NCBI RefSeq assembly: GCF_001194135.2
Contig: NC_069006.1
Coordinates: forward strand, 2,274,623 to 2,338,462
Source of the DNA: Octopus bimaculoides
Lineage: Eukaryota
Reading direction: 5' to 3'
DNA: 63,840 nucleotides
In this document: one piece after another, positions 23,310 to 35,881 of the stretch
Position numbering within the stretch: the stretch's first letter is position 1
How the letters are laid out: every line of letters begins with the position of its first letter
The notes under the pieces: generated by a model
The model's database searches: none
Told to the model about the DNA's origin: nothing
The model's input: only the letters and a program-made list of their open reading frames with translations
Position numbers and translations under genes: made by a program

Positions 23310-24100
23310 GTTACCTGCGACCATTGTCTTCAATAACTTCACCTCTTCTTTTCACACTCAGGTGGTAATACCGTCCTATTTTGGTATCACCCATCACCCG
23401 TGTTACATCCCATAGTTATTCATTAGACCACCCCATACTGCCGGCCTTCTATCATATCCGATCAGGTGTAGTTCATTACATAACCCCATCCATCATTAAA
23501 TTCCTTTTTAATAGGTAACACTCTACTTCACTATAACCTTAATTTCCATAAATGTTTGATTTTCAATAGCCTTGTACCTGCTCCCTGAATACCCCTATAT
23601 TTCTGTATCACCTCTGTCTCCCTTCCGTGGTCTTTTACCATCAGCTAGAGATTCCTATACTCCCACCCTATACCAGATTGGTTTGTATTCTTTTATTTTT
23701 ATTTTATTTTTTATCCCCCCCCCCCATCACCCTTTCCGTTTCATTTATTTATCTTTTCTCCTTGCCTTATCCTTAATTGTCCTCTCCTTATCACTATGCC
23801 AAGCCTATCATAATAAATTATCTCCTACACTCCACTCCAGCCCACCTAGAATCTAGCCTAGCAAACTCCTTCTCACCTGAATCACTAACCTTGGATATCA
23901 TATTATACCCTTTTCTTAACCTAAACAGCCAACATACCTGCTCATTCTCCCATTTTACAGTTGGCCTCAACAGACTCTATCCACATCCTGGCTGTATTCT
24001 TGGGATATTCTTTTGTTTTGTTAAAATTACTTCTCATCTGATGATTAACGTCTTTTATAATAATGTAATGTTCTCATTCTTCCATTAAAAGGTTATGCAA
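23310..24100 (+). mobile_element. Penelope-like 3' remnant
   Basis: Peptide NSFSPESLTLD resembles the NTL.P.GLN terminus of Penelope-like elements; pyrimidine-rich UTR-like sequence follows. Confidence 0.4.
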
Positions 24101-24926
24101 GAAATGAGCTGACAATTTCTCCATCGTTTGTTCTTATTCACTTGATTATAAACCTCAAGGGAACTTAAAACTTGTCAGACACCTTAGAGCATACCAACAA
24201 CGTACAACTCAAAGTAATGTGTGCTTTGGACCAGCCCCTTAGGTGCTAAATTCTCAAAGGGTTGGTTTTCTCTGTGTAGACTACTAAAATATCTTATCAG
24301 ATATTTCAGCTCTCACCAACCATAGGCCTGAACCAGAGTGATTACCCAATCCTACCTGGTGCATACCTTTTCAAGTACCTGATTCTACCTGAATTCTCAG
24401 GTAAAATTTATTTATATATATATACACACATACATACATACATANNNNNNNNNNNNNNNNNNNNNNNNNNNNNNNNNNNNNNNNNNNNNNNNNNNNNNNN
24501 NNNNNNNNNNNNNNNNNNNNNNNNNNNNNNNNNNNNNNNNNNNNNNNNNNNNNNNNNNNNNNNNNNNNNNNNNNNNNNNNNNNNNNNNNNNNNNNNNNNN
24601 NNNNNNNNNNNNNNNNNNNNNCACACACACACACACTACCATTTGACAACCTGTGTAGGTGTTTTCACTTCCCTGGAACTTAGTGGTTCACCGAAAGTGA
24701 TTGATAGAATAAGTACCAGGCTTTAAAACAAAAATACAGGGGTCAAGTTGTTCACCTAAAATCCTTCAAAGCAGTGCCCCAGTATGGTCGCTATCTAATG
24801 ACTGAAACAAGTAAAAGAGAAACAGATGACTGTAGAAGCCCCGGAAACATGTAAAATGTTGAAGTTGAGTGAAGAAGGGAAACATCTTTCGAAATGAAAA
24901 CAAAAATAAATAAATGTGTGACTCAC

Positions 24927-25132
24927 TGCTGTCCCCAACCAAAAATTTCCTTCACCATAAAAAGTTATTCTTGTTATTTGATTCCAGTCCATTGGAATAA
25001 AAAAGGATGTATTTGATGTTCTAGAATTTCTTCTAAATGTAATATTAGTGTGCCCATAAAACCAAGATTCAAAAGAATAGTTATGATCGTCATTTGGCTC
25101 ACTGCGTATAACTTCAATAGTCCATGGTACCA
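24927..25132 (-). CDS. Gene L exon 4 (VPWTIEVIRSEP...GNFWLGTA; PLAT-like domain 2a)
   Basis: Acceptor cttacgttccag|, donor GCA|gtgagt, 206 nt, phase 1-0, open; paralog at 59611-59816. Confidence 0.9.
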
Positions 25133-25449
25133 CTGGAACGTAAGAGATAAAAACTGGACATCAGTAACAGCAAAATTTCAAAATTAATAAACTTAAAATG
25201 ATAATTATTTTTATAAAGAGGAAGATTTAAAGGGAAATTATAAGAACATGATTGGGAAATATTTATTTTCTCTGCTCTTCCACCATTTTTACATTTTGGT
25301 GAGACTGTGTAGGAGGAAGTTTGCTTCCCTGCCACATGGTTCTAAGCAAGTGTCTTGTACAACAGACTTTGGTCAACCAGAGCTTTGTGAGGGGATCTGG
25401 TAGATGGAAACTTAAGGAACGCCATGGTATATATATATATATATGTATA

Positions 25450-26130
25450 TATCATCATCATCATTTAACATCCGTTTTCCATGCTCGCATGGATTGAACG
25501 GTTTGACTGAAAACTGGTAGGCTGGTGAGCTACAACAGGTTCCAATCTAATTTGCCATGGTTTCTACTGTCAGATACTCTTCCTAACACCAACCACTCCA
25601 AGTAGTGGGTGATTTTTATGTGCATTTGGCATGGGTGCCAGTTATGTAGCACCAACATTAGCCATGACTGTGATCTTACTTGGTTTGACAGGTCTTCTTA
25701 GGCACTATATGTTGACAAAGGTCCAGGTCACTTCTCATTGCCTCAACGTTTGGAGATCATGCTTCACCGTCTTGTCTCATATCTTCCTGGGTCTACCTCT
25801 CCTCCAGTTTCCCTCCACAGTTAGAGGTTGACACTTCTTCCCACAGTCGTCCTCATCCATACACATCACATGACCATACAAGCACATTAGAGCGCCGCAT
25901 CTCAGGTGGCATCCGGTGCGCTCTCAGCGGCCCTGGAAAATCCGGGTCTTTTACACACCACAGCTGATGCCTCTTATGCCCAATTATTCTCTCAAGATGC
26001 TTACACTCTGTTGTGCATGCATACTGACATAGCACATCTAGCGATGCATACTAGCTTCATTTCTTTTAAGCCTTCACATGTCCTCAGCGATCACTTCTAC
26101 ATCATGTGATGTTATGTCCCCCTTCTATTT
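25450..26130 (-). mobile_element. RTE LINE 3' end with (GAT)n tail
   Basis: Degenerate GRPRK-type C-terminus and the catgc…ggaaaacggatgttaaatgatgatg tail shared with many short copies. Confidence 0.7.
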
Positions 26131-27315
26131 CGTCAAAGGCTTCAAGTAAAACATCTCTAAATCTCTGTCCATTCGCAGCATCTTTAAGCTTCCAGACCCT
26201 TCTCCTCTAAGCTGGTCATCCATTTAGCCCTGATCCCGAATGTTAACAGATTAATCTGTTCTTTAGCACAATCTTCTAACATAGAGAAAAAGGGATATGA
26301 ATAAATTTTAACTAATAAAGTTTACATTAATAAAAACAGTGAAATGTCTGTCAGTTTCTTAGTCAAGTTAGAGAATGCTGATGAGATGCAATAGACTGAA
26401 ACATATCTGTGGGTATCTAATCCTTTAACATGGATTAGATATTCCCTAATCACCTAAATTAACTTCTTAATTTTTTGAAATTTTTTCCCACTTTCTTTAA
26501 ATACTGCCAATTGTGAATTGCAAAAGAATTTTGTTTTAATTTCTCTAGTCAATTCAGAAAATTTCACTTAAGACTTTTTACATGTGACATTCAGTACATC
26601 ACTTCTTAATTTGTTTCATACAAATTCATGCCATTGGTATCTTTGAGTTATCTCCCTTAGCTAATATTTTTGCCCCAAAATTAATTATACAGAATATACT
26701 AACTCAAAATTATTATAACTGATTTACTATTTGTAAAAATCATTATTAGTCGCAATAACTAAACTATCCTAATGAGGTCTAACAGATTGAAGTATAACCA
26801 TTGTTGTCCCCCTTGCCTGCAAATCAAGACCAGTCTTTCTTTCTTGATAATCATTTAAATTACTTTGAGAAATTTATTCCAATCTCTTAAAATTATCTCC
26901 CCTTTTCCTTAACAGTTGCCAATGATTGGACTTAGAGTTTTCCTTTCTCTATCTAAACAAGAACTTGCAAGGAATTTAAGAAGGTTTTTCATACATGAAC
27001 CCTTAAATTATTTATGCAAGATCTTAAACTCAGAGTAACATTACTGCTTTAGCCATTTAAAAAAATATTACTTTTATATCCATTTTCATATGTCAACATT
27101 AGTTGGAAAAGTTATTGAAAATTTCAAATAATGATTTGTGGTTGAGATATGATATTGATTTTATACCTGTTTGTCTTTCTCATTACTGACTACACAACTG
27201 TGAATTGAACCACTAAGCATAGAATAATATGTCGTTCATGGGGATTGAATGGCAGCAGTAAGATTTGAACTCCTTTTTAGTTGAGCACACTAATCTCATA
27301 ACCCTTATTATTCCA

Positions 27316-27346
<31 letters not shown>

Positions 27347-27433
27347 CAACCAAAACAATTCCTTAATAAGTTGAAAAGAAGAAAAACAACCAAAAACAAA
27401 AACCAAGAAAGAGCCCTAAGGCAAACAGCTTAC

Positions 27434-27524
27434 TTTTCATTAATTTGATAATTGTGTCATTACAAAAAGTCTTCCCGCATTTGCCAAAATACATTTCTTG
27501 AAGATCATCGTTTTGAACGGACAC
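27434..27524 (-). CDS. Gene L exon 3 (VSVQNDDLQEMYFGKCGKTFCNDTIIKLMK; domain 1b)
   Basis: Acceptor ttatcttag|, donor A|gtaagc, 91 nt, phase 0-1, open; paralog at 56852-56942. Confidence 0.88.
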
Positions 27525-27735
27525 CTAAGATAAGATAAATAAACAAAATTAACAGCAACAGATTATTTAAAATAGATTAATAATGATGTTGATGATGATG
27601 GTGATGATGATGACATTGATGATGATGGTGATGATGATGATGATGATTAAGAGGGTGATGGTTAAGATGATGGTAGAATGTTTATAATGTACAGTCAGTA
27701 CTTTGTTTCTCAGTTTAAGATCAGTTTGGAGTAGT

Positions 27736-27782
<47 letters not shown>

Positions 27783-28136
27783 TATCCAGGGCTTAAATAC
27801 TGAACTTCTGTACCTTTGACCTTTACATTGTCAAAGCAAAAGGATTAAATCCAATAATACCAAAAGCAACAAAAATACTCTCACACCTTGTGCCTCCCTA
27901 ACGAAAGAGAAACATCTACAGTCTTGTTTATACAAAGTTCCTCATGCATGAATAAATTATAAAGCATAACAAAAACCCAAATTTAATCAATAAAAAATTG
28001 TTCCAAAACACATTCCCATAACAACATATCTAAAACTGTCAATTTATTTATCTATCTGTTTGTCTGTCTTTCTCTCTATCTCTCCCCCCCTCTCTCTCTA
28101 CATATGTATGTATATATATATATATATATATATATA

Positions 28137-29636
28137 GTTTTAGGGAAAATAACCAAGTTTCAAGAACTCATCGATGAAAATCCACTATCACATATAGAAA
28201 AATTAACAATTAAAAGCACAATAAATGAGTATAATATAAAGCAAAGTAAATATAAGATAAATATAATAAAATGATTACACGTGTTTCATAACTAATTTTC
28301 AAATAGAAAGGAAATTTTAATCGATTAAAATCAATTGAAATTATCGAAAATTAAATTCTATTCAAAAATATAGCTAATCGCCAGATCTTAAGTAGAACAA
28401 TAATTAGATATATATATCTCAACCAACAATAAGTACCAAATGAATTAATATGAAATACTTATTTTATAAAGATAGAAAAANNNNNNNNNNNNNNNNNNNN
28501 NNNNNNNNNNNNNNNNNNNNNNNNNNNNNNNNNNNNNNNNNNNNNNNNNNNNNNNNNNNNNNNNNNNNNNNNNNNNNNNNNNNNNNNNNNNNNNNNNNNN
28601 NNNNNNNNNNNNNNNNNNNNNNNNNNNNNNNNNNNNNNNNNNNNNNNNNNNNNNNNNNNNNNNNNNNNNNNNNNNNNNNNNNNNNNNNNNNNNNNNNNNN
28701 NNNNNNNNNNNNNNNNNNNNNNNNNNNNNNNNNNNNNNNNNNNNNNNNNNNNNNNNNNNNNNNNNNNNNNNNNNNNNNNNNNNNNNNNNNNNNNNNNNNN
28801 NNNNNNNNNNNNNNNNNNNNNNNNNNNNNNNNNNNNNNNNNNNNNNNNNNNNNNNNNNNNNNNNNNNNNNNNNNNNNNNNNNNNNNNNNNNNNNNNNNNN
28901 NNNNNNNNNNNNNNNNNNNNNNNNNNNNNNNNNNNNNNNNNNNNNNNNNNNNNNNNNNNNNNNNNNNNNNNNNNNNNNNNNNNNNNNNNNNNNNNNNNNN
29001 NNNNNNNNNNNNNNNNNNNNNNNNNNNNNNNNNNNNNNNNNNNNNNNNNNNNNNNNNNNNNNNNNNNNNNNNNNNNNNNNNNNNNNNNNNNNNNNNNNNN
29101 NNNNNNNNNNNNNNNNNNNNNNNNNNNNNNNNNNNNNNNNNNNNNNNNNNNNNNNNNNNNNNNNNNNNNNNNNNNNNNNNNNNNNNNNNNNNNNNNNNNN
29201 NNNNNNNNNNNNNNNNNNNNNNNNNNNNNNNNNNNNNNNNNNNNNNNNNNNNNNNNNNNNNNNNNNNNNNNNNNNNNNNNNNNNNNNNNNNNNNNNNNNN
29301 NNNNNNNNNNNNNNNNNNNNNNNNNNNNNNNNNNNNNNNNNNNNNNNNNNNNNNNNNNNNNNNNNNNNNNNNNNNNNNNNNNNNNNNNNNNNNNNNNNNN
29401 NNNNNNNNNNNNNNNNNNNNNNNNNNNNNNNNNNNNNNNNNNNNNNNNNNNNNNNNNNNNNNNNNNNNNNNNNNNNNNNAGTTATGAAACACGTGTAATC
29501 ATTTTATTATATTTATCTTATATTTACTTTGTTTTATATTATACTCATTTATTGTGCTTTTAATTGTTAAATTTTCTATATATGATAGTGGATTTTCATC
29601 GATGAGTTCTTGAAACTTGGTTATTTTCCCTAAAAC
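28137..29636. repeat. ~157-bp inverted repeat flanking a ~1-kb N gap
   Basis: 28137-28293 is the near-exact reverse complement of 29480-29636. Confidence 0.85.
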
Positions 29637-30719
29637 TATATATTTTATATATATTTTATCTATAAAGCTCAATGTAATTTTAATTTTTTATAAATTGGTT
29701 TTAATTGAGTTTTTACCTGTAATTTTGGATTTTGTCCCTAATATTATTATTATTATATATATATATATATATATGTATACATATATATAAGGGCAAGATT
29801 GAGGGATTCAAGTGTAGCAAGTTAGTAAGCTTCAAGCAGTCTGTGGCATGTAGAGAAAACAAAATGTGGAGAGTGTGTGGTCAGGAAGAATAACAATTTA
29901 TTTTTATATACTTCATGGTAGGCAACTAGCGTTGTTCTGAATGTGAATAAAGATTCAAATTGAAGTAGTGGAACAGTTAAAATCCAGGCTACATATGTTT
30001 CTTATCTGGCTGATCTTCCAATATAATTATTATGCAGAGATGGGTATGCAGGTAAGCTATTCATCAGGCCCAAAATACCTTAATTATATGAAAGTTACAT
30101 TGTCGTTTAAGAATCCAAGTTAATTCATCAAAGATCTTAGTTGAAATGAGTGAAGCCAGAACAGCAAAATCAAAAAAACAAAGGATTGAAGAAATAAAAT
30201 GATTAAGAAGTAAAATGTGCATCAATGTCTGTGCCCATTTGCACACTCTCACAGGCAAAAAGGTAAACATAAAAGAGACCACCAAGAAAAGGAAATATGT
30301 AACAAAAATGCCATAATGTAATGGTTATGAATATACAGAAAAGATTAACGTACAGAGGATGTAGGAGAATTAGCCAAGGAATTATCAAGGTGAGAAACTA
30401 TTATTTGTAACTTAAGAATGTGTTACATAACTTATCTTTACAGTTAAGAACAAGGTCATTTCGTTCATTAATGCAGTTACTGCATCATATAATGGAAAAA
30501 AGTTCTGCAATGCAGAGATGGCATTTTTTTTCAGAACTAATATATGGTTTAGCATGGGTAGCAATGGACTACTTTATACTTCATAAAACTGAGTAAGGTT
30601 TTAGCTTATGAATGAGTCTAGATTGAGATGTACTGTTAGTTTTTGCTATATACATATAGTTTACTGTTTTGTTATAGTTAGGATCAACAGAAATATTATT
30701 CTAGTGAGAGATAAATATC

Positions 30720-31141
30720 ATTTAATCTTTGTTACTTTGTGACTTGTTTCAGTCTAGTCATTAAATTATGGCCATGCTAGAGCACCACCTTAAAGGGGTT
30801 AGTCAAACAAATCGACCACAGGGCTTATTCTTTAACGCCTAGTACTTATTCTACCAGTCTCTTTTTGCTGAACCGATATGTTACAGGGACATAAACAAAC
30901 CAACATTGGTTGTCAAGTGATGTCAGGGCAACAAACACAGACACACCCACACACATAGATGCATATACATATACATACGACAGTCTTTTTTCAGTGTCTG
31001 TCTACCAATTACACTCACAAGATTTTGGTTGGCCCAAGGCTATAGAAGAAGAAGCTTGCCCAAAGTGTCACACAGTGGGATTGAACCTGGCACCATGTGG
31101 TTGGGAAGCAAGCTTCTTACCACACAGCCATACCTGCACCT
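30720..31141 (-). mobile_element. SINE family B
   Basis: Reverse-complement match to the family B head, core and tail. Confidence 0.8.
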
Positions 31142-31315
31142 ATACACAAAATTTGAAAAAGCGCTTCTAATAGTTTCATGCAGTAGAGATACAATAATTT
31201 GGCAGTTTTATATAACATAACACATGTCTCCATGCAATCTTTGAAACATGTTATATAAATCTGCCAAATAATTGTACCTCTAAGGCATGAAACTATAAGT
31301 TGGTGTTTTTAAAAT
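31141..31315. mobile_element. ~175-bp foldback MITE in intron 2 (orthologous copy at 55001-55180)
   Basis: Arms 31185-31218 and 31248-31281 pair with 3 mismatches, and pairing extends outward imperfectly; TA-like ends. Confidence 0.6.
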
Positions 31316-31330
31316 TATTGCATAATAAGT

Positions 31331-31367
<37 letters not shown>

Positions 31368-31413
31368 ATATGTGTGCATGTATGTGTGTGCGTGTGCATA
31401 TTAATTTCCTTAC

Positions 31414-31607
31414 CCCATCAACATCACTGTTATCAAATTCTGCAAAACCTGGCTTTGTTGTATTGTCTAATTCAAATTCAGTGTTGAAACATTTCTGTGC
31501 CTTTTTACTTGAAATGTTTACATATTCCACCTTGTCCAAAGAAATGCGAACAGAATTGAATTCCTTTAAAGAACAAAGGGTCATGTTCCACATTGTGGCC
31601 TGGGTAA
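31414..31607 (-). CDS. Gene L exon 2 (end of signal peptide, TQA|TMWNMTL...DVDG; repeat domain 1a)
   Basis: Acceptor tattttccag|, donor GGG|gtaagg, 194 nt, phase 1-0, open; paralog at 54680-54912. Confidence 0.88.
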
Positions 31608-32264
31608 CTGGAAAATAGTTGGAAAAAAAAAACAAGTTATCAAATTTTTTTAAAACATCAAAATTCTTTTACAATGTGACTAGTTGTACTGGTATTCTAT
31701 TACTGGTTACAGCCGGAAGCTGTGGGCATGTCCCATCCCAGTTATACAAGGAAAATCAGAGTAAGGTGAAGGTGTGGCTGTGTGGTAACAAATTTGCTTT
31801 CTAGCCATGTGGTTCCAGGTTGATTCCCACTTCCTTGCACCGTGAGCAAGTGACAGAAATGAACTCTACAATACACTGCCACAGTAGCGCCACCTACCAA
31901 ATTCCACTCTTTCACCATTTAGTATTCAGATTATTCGATTAAGTGTAATACTTATTTATTCTCATTGTTTTGAATTAATCATGCATTCTTTTGTAGCTTC
32001 AAGGTTTCGATGATTTGATTGCTTATTTTTAGAATGCCATTGCATGGTAGGTGTGAGAGGCTGGATATGGCCAGCTGGAATATTTGAACTGGAAGGCTGG
32101 TTTGAATGGTGAAGTATTAAAATTCTGTTGAGTTGAGGTTATTGTTCAAGATACTAATAAATTTGAAACCAAGTGGAAAACACAGGTGAGGGAAACAAAG
32201 TTCTTAACCATACACAACCAACCATGATGATTGCACAAATAAATAAATAATTAAGAGAACTTAC

Positions 32265-32319
32265 ATAATAAACAGGGGAAGATTATGACTAAAATACTCC
32301 AAAATGGAAGACCCAGCAT
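32265..32319 (-). CDS. Gene L coding exon 1: signal peptide MLGLPFWSILVIIFPCLL (phase 1 end)
   Basis: ATG at 32319-32317, hydrophobic 18-mer, donor T|gtaagt at 32264. Upstream acceptor ccatttctccag| at 32347 (whole exon 32265-32346). Paralogous exon at 50680-50734. Confidence 0.85.
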
Positions 32320-32727
32320 GGCAGGAGATGGAAAGAATTGGTTAGTCTGGAGAAATGGTGATTTTTCCTTTTTCCTTTTTAAAGGTCTTTTGCAAAGAAT
32401 GAGGAATTTCTATATCAAATATTCTTAGAGATGAATCGTCATTAATTCCTTTTCATTTATCTGTTCAACTATTTTATAAACTGCAAAACACAAAAAACAG
32501 AATATTGTCAAATGTCAGTTGATATTCTAAACCATTGAATAATTCTTGTTTTATAATTCTTACCATGTCAAATTCTTGTGCTTGCGGGTTGTGGAGATTA
32601 CGAAATTGAAAGTTCTGGACAATATTTAATGCTTTTTTTAATGTTTGGACACATTATTATTGCATCAAAGCTGTTCTAATATATAAACTGGCTTCTAGAA
32701 CATTGCTAAAAACTGAATAATTGATAT

Positions 32728-32764
<37 letters not shown>

Positions 32765-33419
32765 TTATGTATGCATGCTTGTTCAGTTTTATTTCAAGAT
32801 TTCTTGTCAATACAGAAGGAACTGGTTTCTAACCTAGATCCAAATCTTTTTCACTGGAATTTCAACATTAACAACAGGGTATTTTTGTACGTATGTATGT
32901 ATGTATGTATGTATGTATGTATGTATGTANNNNNNNNNNTGCATGCTTGTTCAGTTTTATTTCAAGATTTCTTGTCAATACAGAAGGAACTGGTTTCTAA
33001 CCTAGATCCAAATCTTTTTCACTGGAATTTCAACATTAACAACAGGGTATTTTTGTACGTATGTATGTATGTATGTATGTATGTATGTATGTATGCATGT
33101 ATGCATGTATGTATGTATATATATGTGCAGATTTGTATGTTTTGCTTTGTGTATATATTCTCATGCGTATAGCTGCATATCTAGACATGCTCATATATAC
33201 CTTTAAAGGATAAACTTCTGGAGAGTTTTACAGATTTTTACTGTTCCAGTGATGGCTTGGATCTGTAGTCATCAAATCAGCTTTCTGCTTTCTGGTTTAT
33301 GTATGTATGTATGTATGTATGTATGTATGTATGTATGTATGCATGTATGCATGTACACATGCATATAAAGCATCCATTACAGTCTTAGAGTGGTTAGCTT
33401 TAGGAAGGGCTTACCAGCT

Positions 33420-33860
33420 CCAGTCAAACATTCCAACCATGCCAGCATGGAAAGCAGTCCTTAAATGATGATATATATATATATATATATATCATCATAC
33501 ATACATACTGACATTGTACATCTAGCGAAACATACCAGCTTCATTTCTTTCAGGCATTTGCATGTCCCCAGCATGCCCAGCCCATGTTTACACCCAGGCA
33601 TCATACAGCCTTCCTTTCATTCTGAGGGAAAGACCCTTTTTTACCAGCAGAGGGAGAAGCTCTCTGAGCTTTGCTCAGCCTATTCTTATTCTAGCAACTA
33701 GGCTTTCAGAGCATCCACCACCACTGTTGGTTTGGTCACCTAGATAGCTACAGCTTTCCCCACTGGCATTTGATGGAATCTATTTTCTGTACATTAACCT
33801 TCCTCTGATATTTCTGCACTTCTTATACACCATTTTTATATGTCAAACAGTATTCTATAC
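33420..33860 (-). mobile_element. RTE LINE fragment (mirror of 49600-50100)
   Basis: Antisense ORF ILATRLSEHPPPLLVWS is shared with 49769-50149. Confidence 0.8.
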
Positions 33861-34149
33861 TAATAAAATTAGTAAAACTAAAACAATTACTATTAATTGA
33901 CCTGATGAACTAATTATAAAATGCCAACATTTTAAATACAAATCTTTTCTGCACTACAAACACATAGAGTTATACTTATCCTTATAACTACAGTTACTAA
34001 ATTATAACCCTAGTTTTAATACTCAGAATATATTCAATATATTTTAATAAGTGTATCCTTACATCTTAATGAAAATCTTCCATACCTTAAACTACAATTT
34101 AACTCTACTAATTTAATAATTATTATATTCAAATTTAAACACTTCTATT

Positions 34150-35881
34150 TTTCAAAAAATTCTCCCTTTTTAAATGAAATTCCTCTATGGATTACACAAG
34201 TGACATTTGATGGTCTTCAAATAGCGACTTATATAGGGGCATAGAAGACAGCATGGAGGTGAAGTGGCAGCATCAGTGGGGCCAGCATTAGGATTAGAAC
34301 GTACACAGGGAGGGGATGGCATTATTAACCAAATGTTAGCATCAGAATATGGCAGCAGAGATAAAGTAATATCTTGGCCCCCATGCCATTCTTCGTCTTT
34401 AGAAATTTTCTCCTGTGTTAGTTGACCTCTCAGACTAATTCTGGCCGAATATGACAATGGAAGGGGGAGAAGGGAGATAGGGGATACGAGTTAGCTCCCA
34501 TAGAATATGACGGAGGAGGAGGACAAAGCGAGGACGAAGGCTGAAAGACTGTTTCCAAACCATTTAGGCAGAAGCCTGTTTGAAGCACACCATGTAATTC
34601 CTCATAACTTCTTGTTTATGTTTTGGAATTTAAAAAAAAGTTTAGCAAATTTGTATTCTATATATGGGAATTCATATTACAGTGAAAAACAAATTTGTTT
34701 TTAATTTTTCGATTTTGTTTTTAAAAATCTCATTTTAAAAAACGGACAGTCCAAACTTTTGGCTTAAATCCCAGCAATGTGGACCATTAAATGTGTTTAT
34801 GAGGAGAACGATATTGAAAAACATCTATACTTCAGAGTGACAAACGAGGAGGGTGTTAGGTTGTCGTGTGATGTGTTAAAAACAACAGTCAAATAGCCAC
34901 TAAGCATACACAACATTTTTTTTCCCTGTCGTTTTTGCATAAACGTATGAATTCTCGTGCGTGGAATACAAATTCGTAAAATATTTCTGAAAGTTCCAAA
35001 AAATATAAAAGTTATGAGACTGGCTGTTATGGGAGTGGTGGAGTGAATAAGAGGAGAGGGCGCAGGTTTGCGATGGAGGTAGAGGGGGGAACCGGATGAA
35101 ACGCATTAACTCTGGCAGTGAGGCTCGGCTTGGAGTGTGCGGGTTAGGAGGCGATGAAAGTAGGCAGGTTGTTACGGGAGTGGTCTGGTGTATAAGGGGA
35201 CGAGTAAGACCAATTCCGACTGAATCCGACGAGAGAAATGGGAGAAGGGAGATAGGGAAATATGAGTTTGTTCTCTTGAAATGTGACGAACGAGGTGGGC
35301 AGAGCAAGGACGAAGGCTGATAAAATGTTTCAAAATCGTTGAGGTGGAATTCTGTTTTAACCATTCCATGTAATTCCTCAAGACTTTTTTTTTTCACTTT
35401 TTGTAAGTTTCTGGAAAGTTTTTGTATCCTATACACAGGAATTCATATTACAGTGAAAAACAAATTTGTTTTGAATGTTTCGAATTTATATTTCTTTAAA
35501 TCACATTTTAAAATATGGACAGTCCAAACTTTTGGCTTAAATCCCAGCAATTGACCATCAAATGTGTTTAATGGGGAGAACGATATTGAAAAAACATCAA
35601 TACGCCAGAGTGACAAACAAGGAGGGAATCAGGAGATCGTGAGATGTGCTAAAAACAACAGCCAAATGACCCCTAATCACACGCAAAATATTTTTCCTTT
35701 TGCTTTTGCATAATTGTATGAACTCTCGCGTGTGGGGCACAAATTCGTAAAAGATTTCAGAAAATCCTGAAAAATAGAAAAAAATATGAGGGGTTATATG
35801 GAATGATTAAAGCAGAATTTTGCTATCATTTAGCCATGGGGGGGGGGGAGTGGTCTCTTGGTCAATCGCTGCATGGCCCTA
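34150..35881. mobile_element. hAT-like non-autonomous/composite element end with an internal ~450-bp direct duplication (mirror at 44985-46130)
   Basis: Terminus TAGGGCCATGCAGCG (minus strand, 35867-35881; TAGGGTCATGCATCG at 44985) fits the hAT (T/C)A(A/G)NG start. 34540-34990 is repeated at 35330-35790. Confidence 0.5.

Noticed and set aside
29590-29630. Hammerhead-ribozyme-like motif (cGATGAg…GAAAc)
   Set aside because: The core deviates from CUGANGA, and I could not form stem I with the flanks.
32773-33090. Tandem ~150-bp exact duplication
   Set aside because: The copies are essentially identical and separated by a 10-N gap, typical of unmerged overlapping contig ends (assembly artefact).
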